A stretch of 64,000 bases of DNA. It comes from Ginglymostoma cirratum (Eukaryota). Made by a program: the position numbers and the translations under genes. The stretch lies in assembly GCA_024137785.1 (NCBI GenBank), contig JAHRHZ010000085.1, positions 3,513,770 through 3,577,769 on the forward strand. Reading direction: 5' to 3'. Every line of letters begins with the position of its first letter. Position 1 is the first letter of the stretch. Shown here piece by piece: positions 1 through 11,355 of this stretch. Under the pieces are notes generated by a model that did not search any database, had not been told where the DNA came from, and saw only the letters and a list, made by a program, of their open reading frames with translations.

Positions 1-1010
1 ATCATGAGGAAACTGCATCGAGAATTTTCTGTCTCGGGAATCCATTGGCTCTATGGGATTACAAGGGTCTTGTAACATATATATTGCTGTAAATCAGTGA
101 TTATTTCAATCTGTTGTGATCCTTTTCTCACAGAGATGTTCAGATATAAAGTTATTCCTGTTCGCTGTGGGTATGGGATCCTTTGTTTTTGTCAGTAGTT
201 GTCGTAGTATAGCTCTGGGTTTGTGTGTTACCGCAATTCCTGGTGGTTGGAGTAATCTGGTGGTCATCTCCGATACGTTCCTGATGTGTGGCAGGGTGAC
301 TAGCGTATCAGGGCATGCTGTGTCTTCCTGTTGTTGCCTGTTGTGAAAGGACCGGCAGGCAGAAAGTGCTTTTTGGGTCGCTGTTGTTCGCTACGGACAC
401 TGTGGAGGTGTTCTTCTTCGGCTTTGCACAGTTCTGGGTGCTGCAGTGTGTTGTGGCTCTTTTCAACAAAGTGTTGGTGCAGCTTTATTTGTGGGTGTTG
501 GGGTTAATCATTTGGACCGTATGGGTATTTTTCTGTATTCACTGTTCTGGAGCTCACCGATGGCCCTTCGTTCGACCATTACGTCCAGGGATGGGACGCG
601 GTTGTTCTTTTTCTCTTCCCCAGTGAATTTATGCCGGTGAGGATGTTATTGATGAGTTGATGGGTTTGCTCCAATTTTGTGCGTTTGATAAAGACAAGTC
701 TGACATCCACAGAGTGGACCCATAATTTTGGATGGACAATGGGAAGAGCTGTCCGTTCTCGTCTTTGCATTCCTGCTTCAGCTGTAAGTCCCGATATTCG
801 TGATATCATGGGTTTTCTGTTGATTTTTTTGTATACCTGGCCATTGAAGGCAAAGTGGGTCGTGAGGCATAAATCTAGCAGTTTGAGGGTGCTGTCCTTG
901 CTGATGGTATTGGAGTTGTAGGGGGTCGGCATTACTGGGTCATGCAGTAACGAGGCTATTGTTTCCTTAACTAAGGGGATATCTATGGAAATAAACAGTG
1001 CTGTCACATC
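1..1010 (-). mobile_element. Penelope-like element, degenerate reverse transcriptase/thumb fragment
   Basis: ORF 579-1007(-) reads (D)VTALFISI...LLDLCLTTHFAFNGQVY..IN..PM.S.ISGL.AEA.MQR.E...PKLWV.SVD. This matches PLE RT motifs (DVTALFTSI, GTPMGSPIS, YVDD), with decayed catalytic residues. Confidence 0.85.
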
Positions 1011-1011
1011 A

Positions 1012-1138
1012 ATGCTTTATTGGAAGCGCACTGGTGTTACCTAGTATGATGATGAAACGTCTGCAAACCAACCTTCCAGCTCGGTGACCAAACCAACAAC
1101 CTCATCCACAATGTGAGCTATCAGTCTTCTCAAAACTT
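1012..1138 (+). mobile_element. PLE 3'/pLTR tail inverted relative to the adjacent RT fragment
   Basis: Contains gatgaaacgtc (the hammerhead GAAACGUC half) and PLE-tail-like sequence. It abuts the opposite-strand RT, the inverted-pLTR layout typical of PLEs. Confidence 0.55.
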
Positions 1139-1149
1139 TTACTCTCAAT

Positions 1150-1530
1150 TATACTGGAAATCTATGCAGTACCTGTATTCCAGTCTGTGGCCTGTGTCAG
1201 AAACATTTAATTTGCACAACTGGAGGAACCAATTTATTTGTTCAAAGCCCAGAAAATTCCCAATTTACCTCGTTGTGGTGGATGTTGATGTCACATCAGT
1301 CTGTCAGTCTTCTTGGTGAAAAGAATCACCAATTACTTATTTCTTGTTCAACCAGGAACAATTGGTGAAATCAATATTGTTCTAATTCTGGCCGAACAAT
1401 TGAACACCCCAAATCACCACAGACATTCCACTTTCCTGACCCAAAGAACCCGTGAGAGAGAGACTGATGCAGACAGCCTGAGGAGGTCTATTCACTTTGT
1501 TCCACATTTCCACAGCATCTGTGTCAAACT
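1150..1530 (-). pseudogene. Highly decayed Ig V-type exon remnant
   Basis: Minus-strand frames give VFNCS (B-strand Cys), CSW (C-strand Trp) and FLQLCKLNVSDTG...YC (E/F strands), with stops and frameshifts. Confidence 0.4.
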
Positions 1531-1533
1531 GCA

Positions 1534-1758
1534 TAAAAACTGAAAGAACTGCTGATGCTGTAACTCAGAAACAAAAACAGAAGTTGCTGGAAAAGCTCAG
1601 CAGGACTGGCAGCATCTGTGAAGAGAAATCAGAGATAACGCTTCAGGTCCAGTAACTGTCCTGAGGAAGGATCACCAGAACCAAAACGTTATCTCTGATT
1701 TCTCTTCGCAGATGCTGCCAGATCTGCTAAGAGTTTCCAGCAACCTCTATTGTTGTTT
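1534..1758. mobile_element. Short PLE-derived inverted-repeat (hairpin) insertion
   Basis: Arms of about 90 bp are reverse complements around a centre near 1660. Flanked by the direct repeat ctgtgt(c/g)aaactgca (1519-1533, 1759-1773). Degenerate ctgaggaagg...aaaacgtt hammerhead-like motif. Confidence 0.8.
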
Positions 1759-1779
1759 CTGTGTGAAACTGCAGACAGG

Positions 1780-2440
1780 TCATTCATAAGGCTCTTATTG
1801 TGCTGAGCTGTCCTGATCCCACAACAAATGGTGCCAGATTGTCCATACTCAATGTATCCAAAAGGTAACATTGTTTCATATGCATCAGTTCAGTTCACTT
1901 AGACTTTTCTTTCAGCTGCAAACAACGCCTTGCCTTCCACGTTGTTTCCCCTAAAACAGTGTCCATTTATCTCATTATCAGTGCACAGCCTCCAAAATGA
2001 AAGCTATCTCCTGTCACAATTTCACCACATATTCTTGGGGAAGAACAACTTGTTTTACTTTCACTCTTGTACTATGCATGCATATGTCTATGCCTTTGAG
2101 AAGAGAATTGGATGTATTGTATACATTTGCGAAGTGTCCGTTACTGATTTTAATCTGAATGACCTCACAATATTTTACATTTGTACCATCATACTTCATA
2201 TCCTCAGCAAAAAATTGAACTTCACCATATGTAACGGATCTGAAATTTATTTCCTGCTTTGCTCCGTAAGAGTTGACTTTTGGAACGTTCAAGTAATACA
2301 CCAAGATACTGTGAAATGCCCTCCTCATTTAACACTTCAACTGCACTGCCCTTTTACTAAAAGTGAGATACACCACCACAGACTGCCGAGGTTTAAATTC
2401 ATGGGACTGATGAACATGCCTCCCTTTATGATTCAGCATT
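1780..2440 (-). pseudogene. Possible decayed Ig-like exon(s)
   Basis: Fragments VHQS, VQLKC, TVSW, EDMKYDGTNVKYCEV, TRVKVKQ, NNVTFWIH, QSGTICC and FVVGSG resemble V-domain strands, but continuity is poor. Confidence 0.25.
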
Positions 2441-2679
2441 CTTAAGATTAAATTACTAGTTTACAAAAATGAAATACTTTCACACAAAATTGACCAAGTC
2501 ACAAGTCAACATTTTTGCTGATACACATCCGGCTCAATTTCATTTCTTATCATTACATTTTTGATCATATTCTGAAATAAATTACACATCGCATCAATAA
2601 TCTGGTATTTACATCGCTGGCCCAGAGCTGGTGGAGTTTGGAGCGTTTATTTGTGTGTGCTGTTGTTTTTTGAAACTGC

Positions 2680-3296
2680 CCTTGAACGGTAACATGAACC
2701 GTGATGTGGTGATCTCCCAGTAGATGTGGGCATAATAGTCCCAAACCTCAACAATAAACAATAAGCATGCTGATGTGAGAATCAGAGTCGCAGTTTTCTT
2801 TTAACTGCAAGGAAATTCTGTCCTTCAGCCATTGTGGTGGTCATCAAGCAACACTTTATTCTAATTCTATTTCCCAGCTCTTAGCCTGCAGCTTGCATCC
2901 TACATGGTTTCAAGTACTCACCTAAATTTTTCCGAAATGTCTTCAGGTTTCCCATCTTTATTGCTTTTTCGTCAGTTAGTTTAAGATACCCACAACCCTC
3001 TAGGTGAAATGAAATTCCTCAAATCCCTCTAAACCATCAGCTCCCCATCTTAAAAGTGTGCCCCTTGTTATTGATGCCTCTAATGTTGGGAAACGTTTCT
3101 CCCAAACTGCTGTATCTATGCTCCTTACAAGTGTACACACAGCGGCAATTGACTTTTAATATGATGAGGTTTCAAATAAATTAACAACTTTGGAAAATGG
3201 TAAGACACTGGGTATTTGAAATTAATGAGATTTTCAAATGCAACTGAAGCATGGGGTGTTGGAAAGATTGAGTCAATATTTACATTGATTCCATCC
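2680..3296 (-). pseudogene. Ig V(J)-type exon split by a CR1 fragment
   Basis: Phase-1 acceptor cacag|GG at 3296 gives GMESM*ILTQS. The 3' half (2680-2850) reads WLKDRISLQLKEN/TATLILTS.../YC/EVWDYYAHIYW/TVHVTVQ across frameshifts. Confidence 0.5.
2855..3135 (-). mobile_element. CR1-type LINE 3' fragment
   Basis: Similar to the reverse complement of the CR1 3' ends elsewhere in the window (cacaaccctct..gtgaaa..aaattcctc..., ttaaaa.tgtgcccc). Confidence 0.65.
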
Positions 3297-3444
3297 CTGT
3301 GATGTTAAAGACGTGATATAAATCCACAACGTGATGCTTTGAACATGGAATAGCATGAGCCGTATGACATTGTTTAGAATCTTTTCTTTCCTTTGAATTT
3401 CATCCTGAGCCAGATTTTTCAGTACATTGTATTTAACCGGTTAT

Positions 3445-3850
3445 AAAGTCATAGAGTTTTTCACCACGGAAACAGACGATTCGGTCCAATTCATTTCTGC
3501 TGACCAGATATCCAAGATTAATCCAGTCCCATTTGTCAGTATTTGACCCATATTCCTCTAAGCCTTTCCTATTCATGTGCCCATACAAATACCTTTTAAA
3601 TATTGTAATTGCACCAGCCTCCACACTTCCTCTGGCACCTCAGTCCATAGATGCATTACAGTCTGTATGAAAAAGTTGCTCCTTACGTCAATATTAAATG
3701 TTTCCCCTCTCACCTTAAAATTATCCCCTCCAGTTTTGGACTCCCCTATCCTGTCACCCCTCAGCCTCTGACACTGCAGGGAAAATAGCCCCAGTTTATT
3801 CAGCCTGTCCCTGTAGCTCATACCCTCCAAAACCAGTAACATCATCTCAG
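3445..3850 (-). mobile_element. CR1/HER1 LINE 3' fragment
   Basis: ORF 3573-3938(-) contains LEGMSYRDRLNKLGLFSLQCQRLRGD, the CR1 ORF2 C-terminus. It ends in a (ctatga)-type tail. Confidence 0.85.
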
Positions 3851-5399
3851 GAAATAAATAAATTCCATGATGATGAAAAAGTATATGTGATGGAGACGAA
3901 AAATTGTGACAGAAGAAATGGCATGTCAGCTCATTCAATAATGGATCTCCATCTTACATTGTCAGGGTAGTGCAGTGGTTGAAAGATGTGATTATGCCCA
4001 TAAACTGTATATCCTAAAATGTACATGCGGGAACAGATGTTATTTTTCAAAATGTTATCCCTTACAAGCAACATCATTATGAGAAATAGCAAAAAGAGGA
4101 AAGATCCCTTGATGGTTCAAAAGATAACGGGGTGGAAATGTACAACATTCCACAGCAAATAATTCAACTCAAAATACAAGAAACAAAAGCGAAGCATGAA
4201 TCAAATAAATTCCCGGGGATCGAATATCTGTAGAATTTTTTTGTTGTAATTTCTCTAAAAAAGACTGGAAATGCATCAGAAAGAAAGAACGGGGGCTATA
4301 TTCAGGTGAGTACATTGTCTATGTCTGTCGGGAGGAAAGTCAGAGTTGAGGTGGCCAGGAGAATTCATTGATTGTTTTTGTAGTGATTAGAACCAGATGA
4401 ATCTTACTGACTATGAGATTCTTGACTGAGGTTGTTAACCTCGGCCAAACAGGGAGCCTTGGCTGACCAATATAAACAGGACGTGCCCTGTACAGACTGC
4501 TGCTGTACACCATCCACTTCTTCTCCTTCACCCATTGCCCGGGTACACCTTGCTGTGCTCATTTATCACCGGGCGGCGGGGATCCCCAGTGGAGGGCTCT
4601 CTGCGCGGGAGTCCTCTCCCTTTCTCTCTGGAATCTGGGGGGGAGGAGGCTGTTGCACAAAACAGTCCCATGTAACTGCAGATTGCGGTGGTTCACAGTC
4701 TCCCAGCCCAACTGTCTGTTTTGTGGCGCTGTGGGGCCCATGGACCATGTGGATATTGGGTCTGGGTGTTTGCACTTACTTTCCAGTTATCTTAAAGACC
4801 TCCTTTTGTGTTTCTGACTGCACTTCAGCCCCACGTTCCTGAGCTTTGGACACCCAGTACGGAAGAGTCTAACCATGCATTGATCACACGTTCACATGAT
4901 GTTACTCCCCCCATGTAATTGAATGAGGAGTTAGATGAAAGCTGAAGTAAGCTGACTGACTGCATCCAAGCTGCATGTTTTCCTTTAATCAGTGGAGAAG
5001 TCCTTGAACTACCCAGACACTCTGACCTCACGTGTATAAAACAATATACTCTTTGGTGCCTGAAGTGGTATTGATTGTCAAGTGATTAATTTAATCATTC
5101 CATCCATCAGTTTAGTGCAGTCAGCAGGATACGAGAAGCATGCACAGGCAAAGTGACTGGACTACATGAGTACCCTGTATTCACAGCAACCTGTAACCCT
5201 GGTTCATTTGCTGTCCCCTTATGGTCCAGTATTTGAACTTGAAAAGGGTCCACTCGGTATCAAAGGATGATAGGTCCCAGTTGTTGTGGCTATGAGACAC
5301 AGACACAGGCCACCTTGAAGCACGCCTTCTTTGAAACATAAAGAGCATCTTCCACAGCTAAAGTTTAGTGGGAGAAACTCTAAGTCGTGCCCAAGGGAA

Positions 5400-6356
5400 A
5401 GGTAAGGAACACCGAGAGTTGTAATCTGCTTGCAGGACTTAGCCAAAACAGACAGACTATTTGTTAGTCTAATTTGTAAGAACGCCCCCTCAGAGGGTCT
5501 GGCACGACAGGCGTGGCAGTCCTCAGCAGGAACTGGGGTGGGTTGGGTTTGCATGGCTGACCCCCAAGATCAGTGGGAGTCAGCAGGTTACAACCTGGTC
5601 GCCTTTCAAAGGTGGTATCAGCCTCATTCCGGCACCTCGCAACGACCTCTTTTCTTGAACCTTACCCTCTGGAACGGGGAGATCAAACAGGAGGGTTATG
5701 TTTATGTAAGACACAGCAGTGAGGGCAGGAGACGAGATACTGCAAGTGTTACATTCATCATGGACAGGATTGTGTTACTTGAGTCTTTTGTTCTATCCTT
5801 TGTCCATCACTGATTCTCCCGACCTGAGATACCCCACTGGCATGGATTTAAATGGACCATTAAAGAGTCAGAGAGACTCGTTGGCATCTTCATCTCCTGG
5901 TACGAGACTACAAATCTGGTGAGGGAATCTTTCATCATGGTAGACATCCGAGAACAGATGCACAATGATACTGCAGGGGCCTTGGATAAAAATAAGCATT
6001 GAAATGGTAGTCATCTGTAAAACAGCGCTGCAGAACAGAATGGCTCATGGTTGGATACTGTCTGAAAAGCAAGTACTTGTGTCCAAATTGGGGCCGAATT
6101 ATATTCCAGATAACTTTCAAAGCAATCACTGATACAGCAACACATGGACAAAAATATATTGGCAAACTAAAACAACCTCCATCCTCCACTCTGGAGTTGG
6201 GCAACATGCTGGTTGGGATCCTTCGGAGTCTCCCTGGTGAGAGGTATAGTGTTATTTGTTGCAGTAATTCTCATTTTGTATTGTTTGTTTTTATTAATAA
6301 AATGTTGTTGCCAACAGGTGGCTTCTGCCATGGACCCGCAGGTTCAGTTCCTGTAA
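5400..6356 (+). pseudogene. env: ERV env remnant (gamma/epsilon type)
   Basis: Frame-shifted pieces: SERLVGIFISWY (fusion-peptide-like), NDTAGALD, ALQNRMA (immunosuppressive domain, ~6025-6045) and the TM anchor WSWATCWLGSFGVSLVRGIVLFVAVILILYCLFLLIKCCCQQ. Confidence 0.8.
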
Positions 6357-6466
6357 TATTAGCAACCCGTGAGGCATTCATTCCTGAATAAAAAGCCTGT
6401 CTTGTATGTGTAACTATATCCTTGTGTGCTCAGTGATTCGCTTCAGGAGGAATTAAAGTGGGAGAT

Positions 6467-7104
6467 TGTTAGGGATGCCCATAATTGAGTCACAAAATAG
6501 GCTAAGATTGCTGAATATGCAATCATTCTTGCAAGAATATAGATGACAGCATGTAACATTTGATAACAATAGCAGCCCTGCACATAGCAATGAACCAATC
6601 ACAGTTGCAGAATTGGTTGTTTCTCTTGAATTATTTAATAAATCTGTAATATGCGAAAAGAATCACCAAAAGATTCAAACTACTTTCATTCAGTAAAAAT
6701 GCTCTCCTTCGCATTGCATCTTTTGCATTCCCTGTAAATAGAAATTTAAAACTTCCTGAACTAATTAATTAGCAACTAACACGGAGCAGGAAGATAAGAA
6801 AGTCTGTGAGAACATCATGACCAGGGATGAACAACAAGCCTGTACATCTCAGTGATTAGCAAGCTGAGAGCCAATTATAGACGGGCAACTTGGCACAGCT
6901 GACCAGTTGTAATTAATGCGGGCGGGGTGGGGGGTGCAGTGCATGTGCATTCGAAGTTCAAATTGTATAAGTTAAGATACCTTAGTGCTCTTTTTTTTCC
7001 TGTTCCCTTTTGCTGTATTCTGCAACTGTGCTGTAAATTACAAATAAAGACCATCTGAATCTGGCCCGCAACTCAGACTCTCATTGAAAATGTGAAATCG
7101 AACA
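6467..7104 (+). mobile_element. 3' LTR of the env-bearing ERV remnant
   Basis: Purine tract aaagtgggagat immediately precedes TGTTAGG. TATA-like gtataag at ~6965, AATAAA at ~7043, ends ...cgaACA. No matching 5' LTR seen. Confidence 0.65.
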
Positions 7105-7248
7105 GATACATTACATCCTTTTCTGTGGCATTTGTAAAATACTGAATGAGATAAACACTGAACACTGAAAAGCTCAGGACTGGGCATTGATGAGGCACTT
7201 TGGGCTGTCAATATGTGGGGAAAACAATTCATTTGAAATTATCCTCAC

Positions 7249-7390
7249 CAGTCCGCCAGTTGCAGAAGCATCCATCCACTACAGAAATGGTAAACATGAC
7301 CACAGTGATCAAAACTGGTTCAATGAAAAAGAGGAGGGAGTAGCAGGAGCAAAACCAGGCATAGTTTGTTGTAGCAGAATGGCTGTTATT
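7249..7390 (-). pseudogene. Transmembrane-like exon, probably of an IgSF pseudogene
   Basis: Bounded by aacag| and |gtgagg. Reads NNSHSATTNYAWFCSCYSLLFFIEPVLITVVMFTISVVDGCFCNWRT. Same strand as, and downstream of, the V exon at 10437-10718. Confidence 0.45.
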
Positions 7391-7994
7391 CTGTTTGTAC
7401 TGCATATGTTAGCAACTATAAACTATGTCAGATTCAGTTGCCAGATAGCCCATGCCACACACAATTGTACGAAGGAATGTGGGAAATAGCAACATGAGAA
7501 TTAGGTGCAGGAGTGATACATGCTGTCCATCAAATTCGTGCCATCTCACGGGATGAGATCATATCTGATCTGACTGTGGTCTCAATCTCCAGTTACCTGT
7601 GTTACATTCATTGGTTCCCACTGTATTACAGAAATATGTAAAGCAGCCTGAAAATATTCAATTGTCCTGACTCTACTGTTTTCTGTGAAAGTGAAGTTCA
7701 GGGGCGAATGAACCTCTGACTGAGTGAAAAAAAAAATCATACCTGCCTAAAAAATCAGACTCCAATTTTTAAACTGGCTGAATTCTAGTCTCCAGGACGA
7801 ATTTCCACCCAGTGTCTACTGCATTAGGTCTCCATATTGTCTTGTTTATACAAACCACATATAATCTCACTGTTATAAAAATCCTCTGGGATAGGCCCAA
7901 AATGTTCATCCTCTCTCCAATCTTATTTTATTTCAATATGGAGATTAAATTTACCCATTATTATTGGTGTACCTTAATCCCAAACAATCAGTGT

Positions 7995-9455
7995 TTCATG
8001 AACAAAAGCATAATTTGCTGGAAGAACTCAGGAGGCCTGGTAAAATCTGTGGAATACAAAACAGAGTGAACAGTTTGTGCCCAGTGAACCTTCTTCAGAA
8101 CTGACCGAGGAAAGTTTGGTACATATGGTGAGGATGTGTTGGGGAGGGGAGGAGTAAACAGTGGGTGGACAGAGAACAACAGTTGAACAGACAAAGGAGT
8201 GGGTAAAGGTCAACTTGGGAGAATCAATACCTGCTAATGAGGCTGCCAATCGTTAGCAGCCCATGTGATTACAAGACCTGGTGTGTGGGGGTCAGGGTAA
8301 GGGCATGGGAAATGGTGCTGAAACCTGAAAATTATCGATCTCGATGTCGAGTCCCGAAGGCATCAGGGTCCCAAAATGGAAAATTAAATGTTTTTCTTCC
8401 AGTTTGTGCTGATCTTTGCTGGAGGACTTCAGAAATCCCAAGTCTCCCTGATCCTCATTTCCCATCCCACTGGCATGCACATCCAAAGCATCATTAGCCG
8501 CCATTTCTGCCACCTCCAGTGGGATGCCCACCATCAGATACATATTCCCTTCCACTTCTTTGTCAACCTTGTGCAGGGACCTTTCCCTCTGAATCACCTT
8601 GGCACATATCCAGAAACTGCCTTCCTCCACCCGACACAAGCACTGCAATCGCGGAATGTATAACATCTGCCCATATATTTCCTCCCCCTTCACTATCCAA
8701 TGTCCCAACACACCTTCCAGGGGAAGCACCGATTTAACTGCACTTCACTCAATTTAGTCTCCTGTATTCGTTGTCACGATGTGGTCTCCTCTGTACTGGG
8801 GAGACAAAACACAGTCTGGGTGACCAACATGGTGGAACACCTACATTGTGTCGAGAAAGTGACCCCCAGTTTCAGTTGCCTGCCACGTCAATGCACCGCT
8901 GTGCTCCCTGGCGAATACCTCTGTCTCGAGCTTGCTGCAGGTCTCCAGCGAAGCTGAGTACAAGCTGGAAGAACAGCATCTCATTTTCCGCTTGATGACT
9001 CTGCAGCTTTCAGCGCTGAATATCAAATTCAACAATTTTAGGGCTTGAGGAGGATCGACATGTCCTTGCTCCAACCCCGACAAACCAGACTGTTCCTCGA
9101 TCTCCACACTGTACTGTCTCATCACACTGACTGCTACTGATTGTCAGCTACTAATGGTCCATATTAGCAGGTATTGATTCTCCATGGCTGACCTTTCCCT
9201 ATTCTTTGTGTGTTTCACTGATATTTTCTCTCTGGATTTCCTCTCCAGTTATTGTTTACTCCTCCCCCCTCTCCTAACCCATCTTCAGCACATACACCAA
9301 TCTTTCTCCCTAATAAAATCAGTTCTGAAAAATGGTCACTGGAACCAAACTTTCAATTGTGCTTTCTCTCCACTGATGCTGCCAGACCTGCGAAGATTAC
9401 ACAATAAAATTTGTTTTTGTTTTTAATTTCCAGCATCAGCAATACTTTATTTTCT
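7995..9455. mobile_element. Old Penelope-like (Neptune-type) insertion with inverted 5' arm
   Basis: 8400-9050(+) is a decayed homologue of the 60.3-61.1 kb GIY-YIG ORF (RHFCHLQWD, NCTSLNLVSCIRC, GETK). 7995-8400 is the reverse-complement arm. Confidence 0.75.
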
Positions 9456-9854
9456 TACTCCATATGTCATCTGGAATGTTTTGTCCCACATTGTGATTCC
9501 TGTTAGTTATCCTGTAGACCAAACACAATGTTGATTCTTTCTGCTACCATTCGTCTTTCCGACCCAAGCTGATTCTTCGTCTTGATTTCTTGACTATGAC
9601 CATTTTTAACCGTGCTTAACTCTAACTCTAACAGTTGGACTCCATCCTCCATCACCTGGTGTCCTGTTCTTATTGACTGTTGTGTACTCCTAAATAATTA
9701 GTATTTGTCATCTTACAGTCATGTCTTCATTACAAATATCTGTCATGCTTATTTGCATCAATGTACGGTCTCAATTTGTTTATATTAGTCGGAATGCTAA
9801 GAGCATTTTCAAATCTGGAGTCATTTTTCTTGTTTTATTTTGTGAATACACGCA

Positions 9855-10265
9855 CCAGCAGGTTCAAGAACAACTTCTTCCCTGTTGTTCAGAGATAGGA
9901 AGAACTGCAGATGTTGGAGTCGGAGACAACACAGTGTGGAGCTGGAGGAACACAGCTGGTCAGGCAGCATCAGAGGTGCAGGAATGTTGACATTTTGGGT
10001 AGGGACCCTTCATCAGAACTTCTTCCCTGTTGTTATTAGATTGCTGAACACACCTATTTTACTTCAAATAATGTCGATCCTGCTCATGTTGATGTTGCTT
10101 TGTGCATCTCCTGTGCTGTGTAACCTGCATGCCTCGCACTGTCTGAGCACCAAATGATCTGTATGTGTTTGTTTGCTATGATCTTCCCGTACTGCTCGTT
10201 CAACAAAACTTTTCACTGTATTTAGGTACACGTGACTACAAGAAATCAAATCGAATCAAATCAAA
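9855..10265 (+). mobile_element. LINE 3' tail interrupted by a PLE end fragment
   Basis: Ends in (aatca)n. The insert at ~9890-10016 is flanked by the duplication aacttcttccctgttgtt. Confidence 0.6.
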
Positions 10266-10436
10266 CTCCGAGTTTTGATTGTTAGTGTATGCTCCTTTCT
10301 TTCTGAAACTCTATTCATCTTGCTATTCCCTGACCGTCAGTTCCCTGATTCCTATTTTCCTTGTTTCACTTGTCTTTTCTCTTGAACATACAACACACAC
10401 ACAAGTGATCTATTGATCCATTATTGAGATTAAAAC

Positions 10437-10718
10437 CTTCCCTATTTCCTTAATTCTGCCATCTGCAAACACATTGACTCTCTCACAGTACACTCAACCA
10501 CACAGTCAGATTCCACTTTCCCCAGTGCTGCTACCAGTAGTAAACTTCTTGTTCACAATTCCTTTTGAGGAATGACACTGTGAATCGTTGATGGCATTTG
10601 TGACTTTATTAGAGAGCTTCCTAGTAGGAAGAAATGCCAGGGGAGTGCGGTCCATCTACTCTGTGTAGTAAATGCAATTGTTGCATCTTCTGGCCCATTT
10701 CCAAGTCATTTCTCCAAT
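10437..10718 (-). pseudogene. Ig V(J)-type exon (decayed)
   Basis: Polypyrimidine acceptor ttgttccttcag|. Contains ALPWHF (B strand, Cys lost), GESGI*LCG (DxGxYxC) and NVFADGR (FGxG-like G strand). Confidence 0.55.
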
Positions 10719-10752
10719 CTGAAGGAACAAAGCAAAAACATGTCTTTTTCCT

Positions 10753-11355
10753 ATGGGCTGTATGTTACATTTCATTGGCACAACCAGCACTTACGTGTTA
10801 TTTCCCCATCAGCAAGTTCAGGTTGGGTAAGTTGCCTGAACAGTTACCTCAGTTTGTTGTCGTGTGCTGCAGTTATGCACCTTCCTTTTCTGGCTCGTAT
10901 TTCTTGTTTCTTTTATGCATTGCATTCCCATAAACTTCTGCAGTTGTTTAACTTACATTTAATACATAATGTGGTGTCAACTTTAAAGCAGATTCTCTCT
11001 GTTTTATTTGACCTTTCAGATCATCTCAATAATTCAGTTTTGAATTTCTCTTCTTGGAGGCTCCAGTGAACTATCAGGCAAGTTGACTCAGCCCCGTGTG
11101 AAGTTGCAGACAGATGCTTGCTCAAATGTGTCCTGACAACAGTTGGTTCTTTTCATTCAAGGCACCCTTGGTCTGAACATATATTGGTGGCATCAAGATT
11201 ATGATCAATATCTCTGCAAGGAACAAGATCACAGAAAATTAGCTGGTTTCTTCAGATAATTAGTATGAAAGCAAAGAAGGAGGAGCGGCCGAGTGCACAG
11301 AATCTCATCAAGGCAGTTTCCTTGTTTTTGGAAACCAGACGGAGTTCACTGTAAC
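10753..11355 (+). pseudogene. Leader + Ig V-type exon (decayed)
   Basis: Leader-like MGCMLHFIGTTSTYVLFPHQQVQV ends at a gtaagt donor. The exon from 11060 reads GSSELSGKLTQPRVKLQTDACSNVS*...LNIYWWHQDYDQYLCKEQDHRKL/WFLQIISMK. The YWW and D.RKL motifs match the V exons of the V-C1 family. Confidence 0.6.

Noticed and set aside
4330-5400. GC-richer segment, possibly ERV gag/pol sequence
   Set aside because: Only vague motif resemblance, and apparently on the opposite strand to the adjacent env. It could not be assigned.
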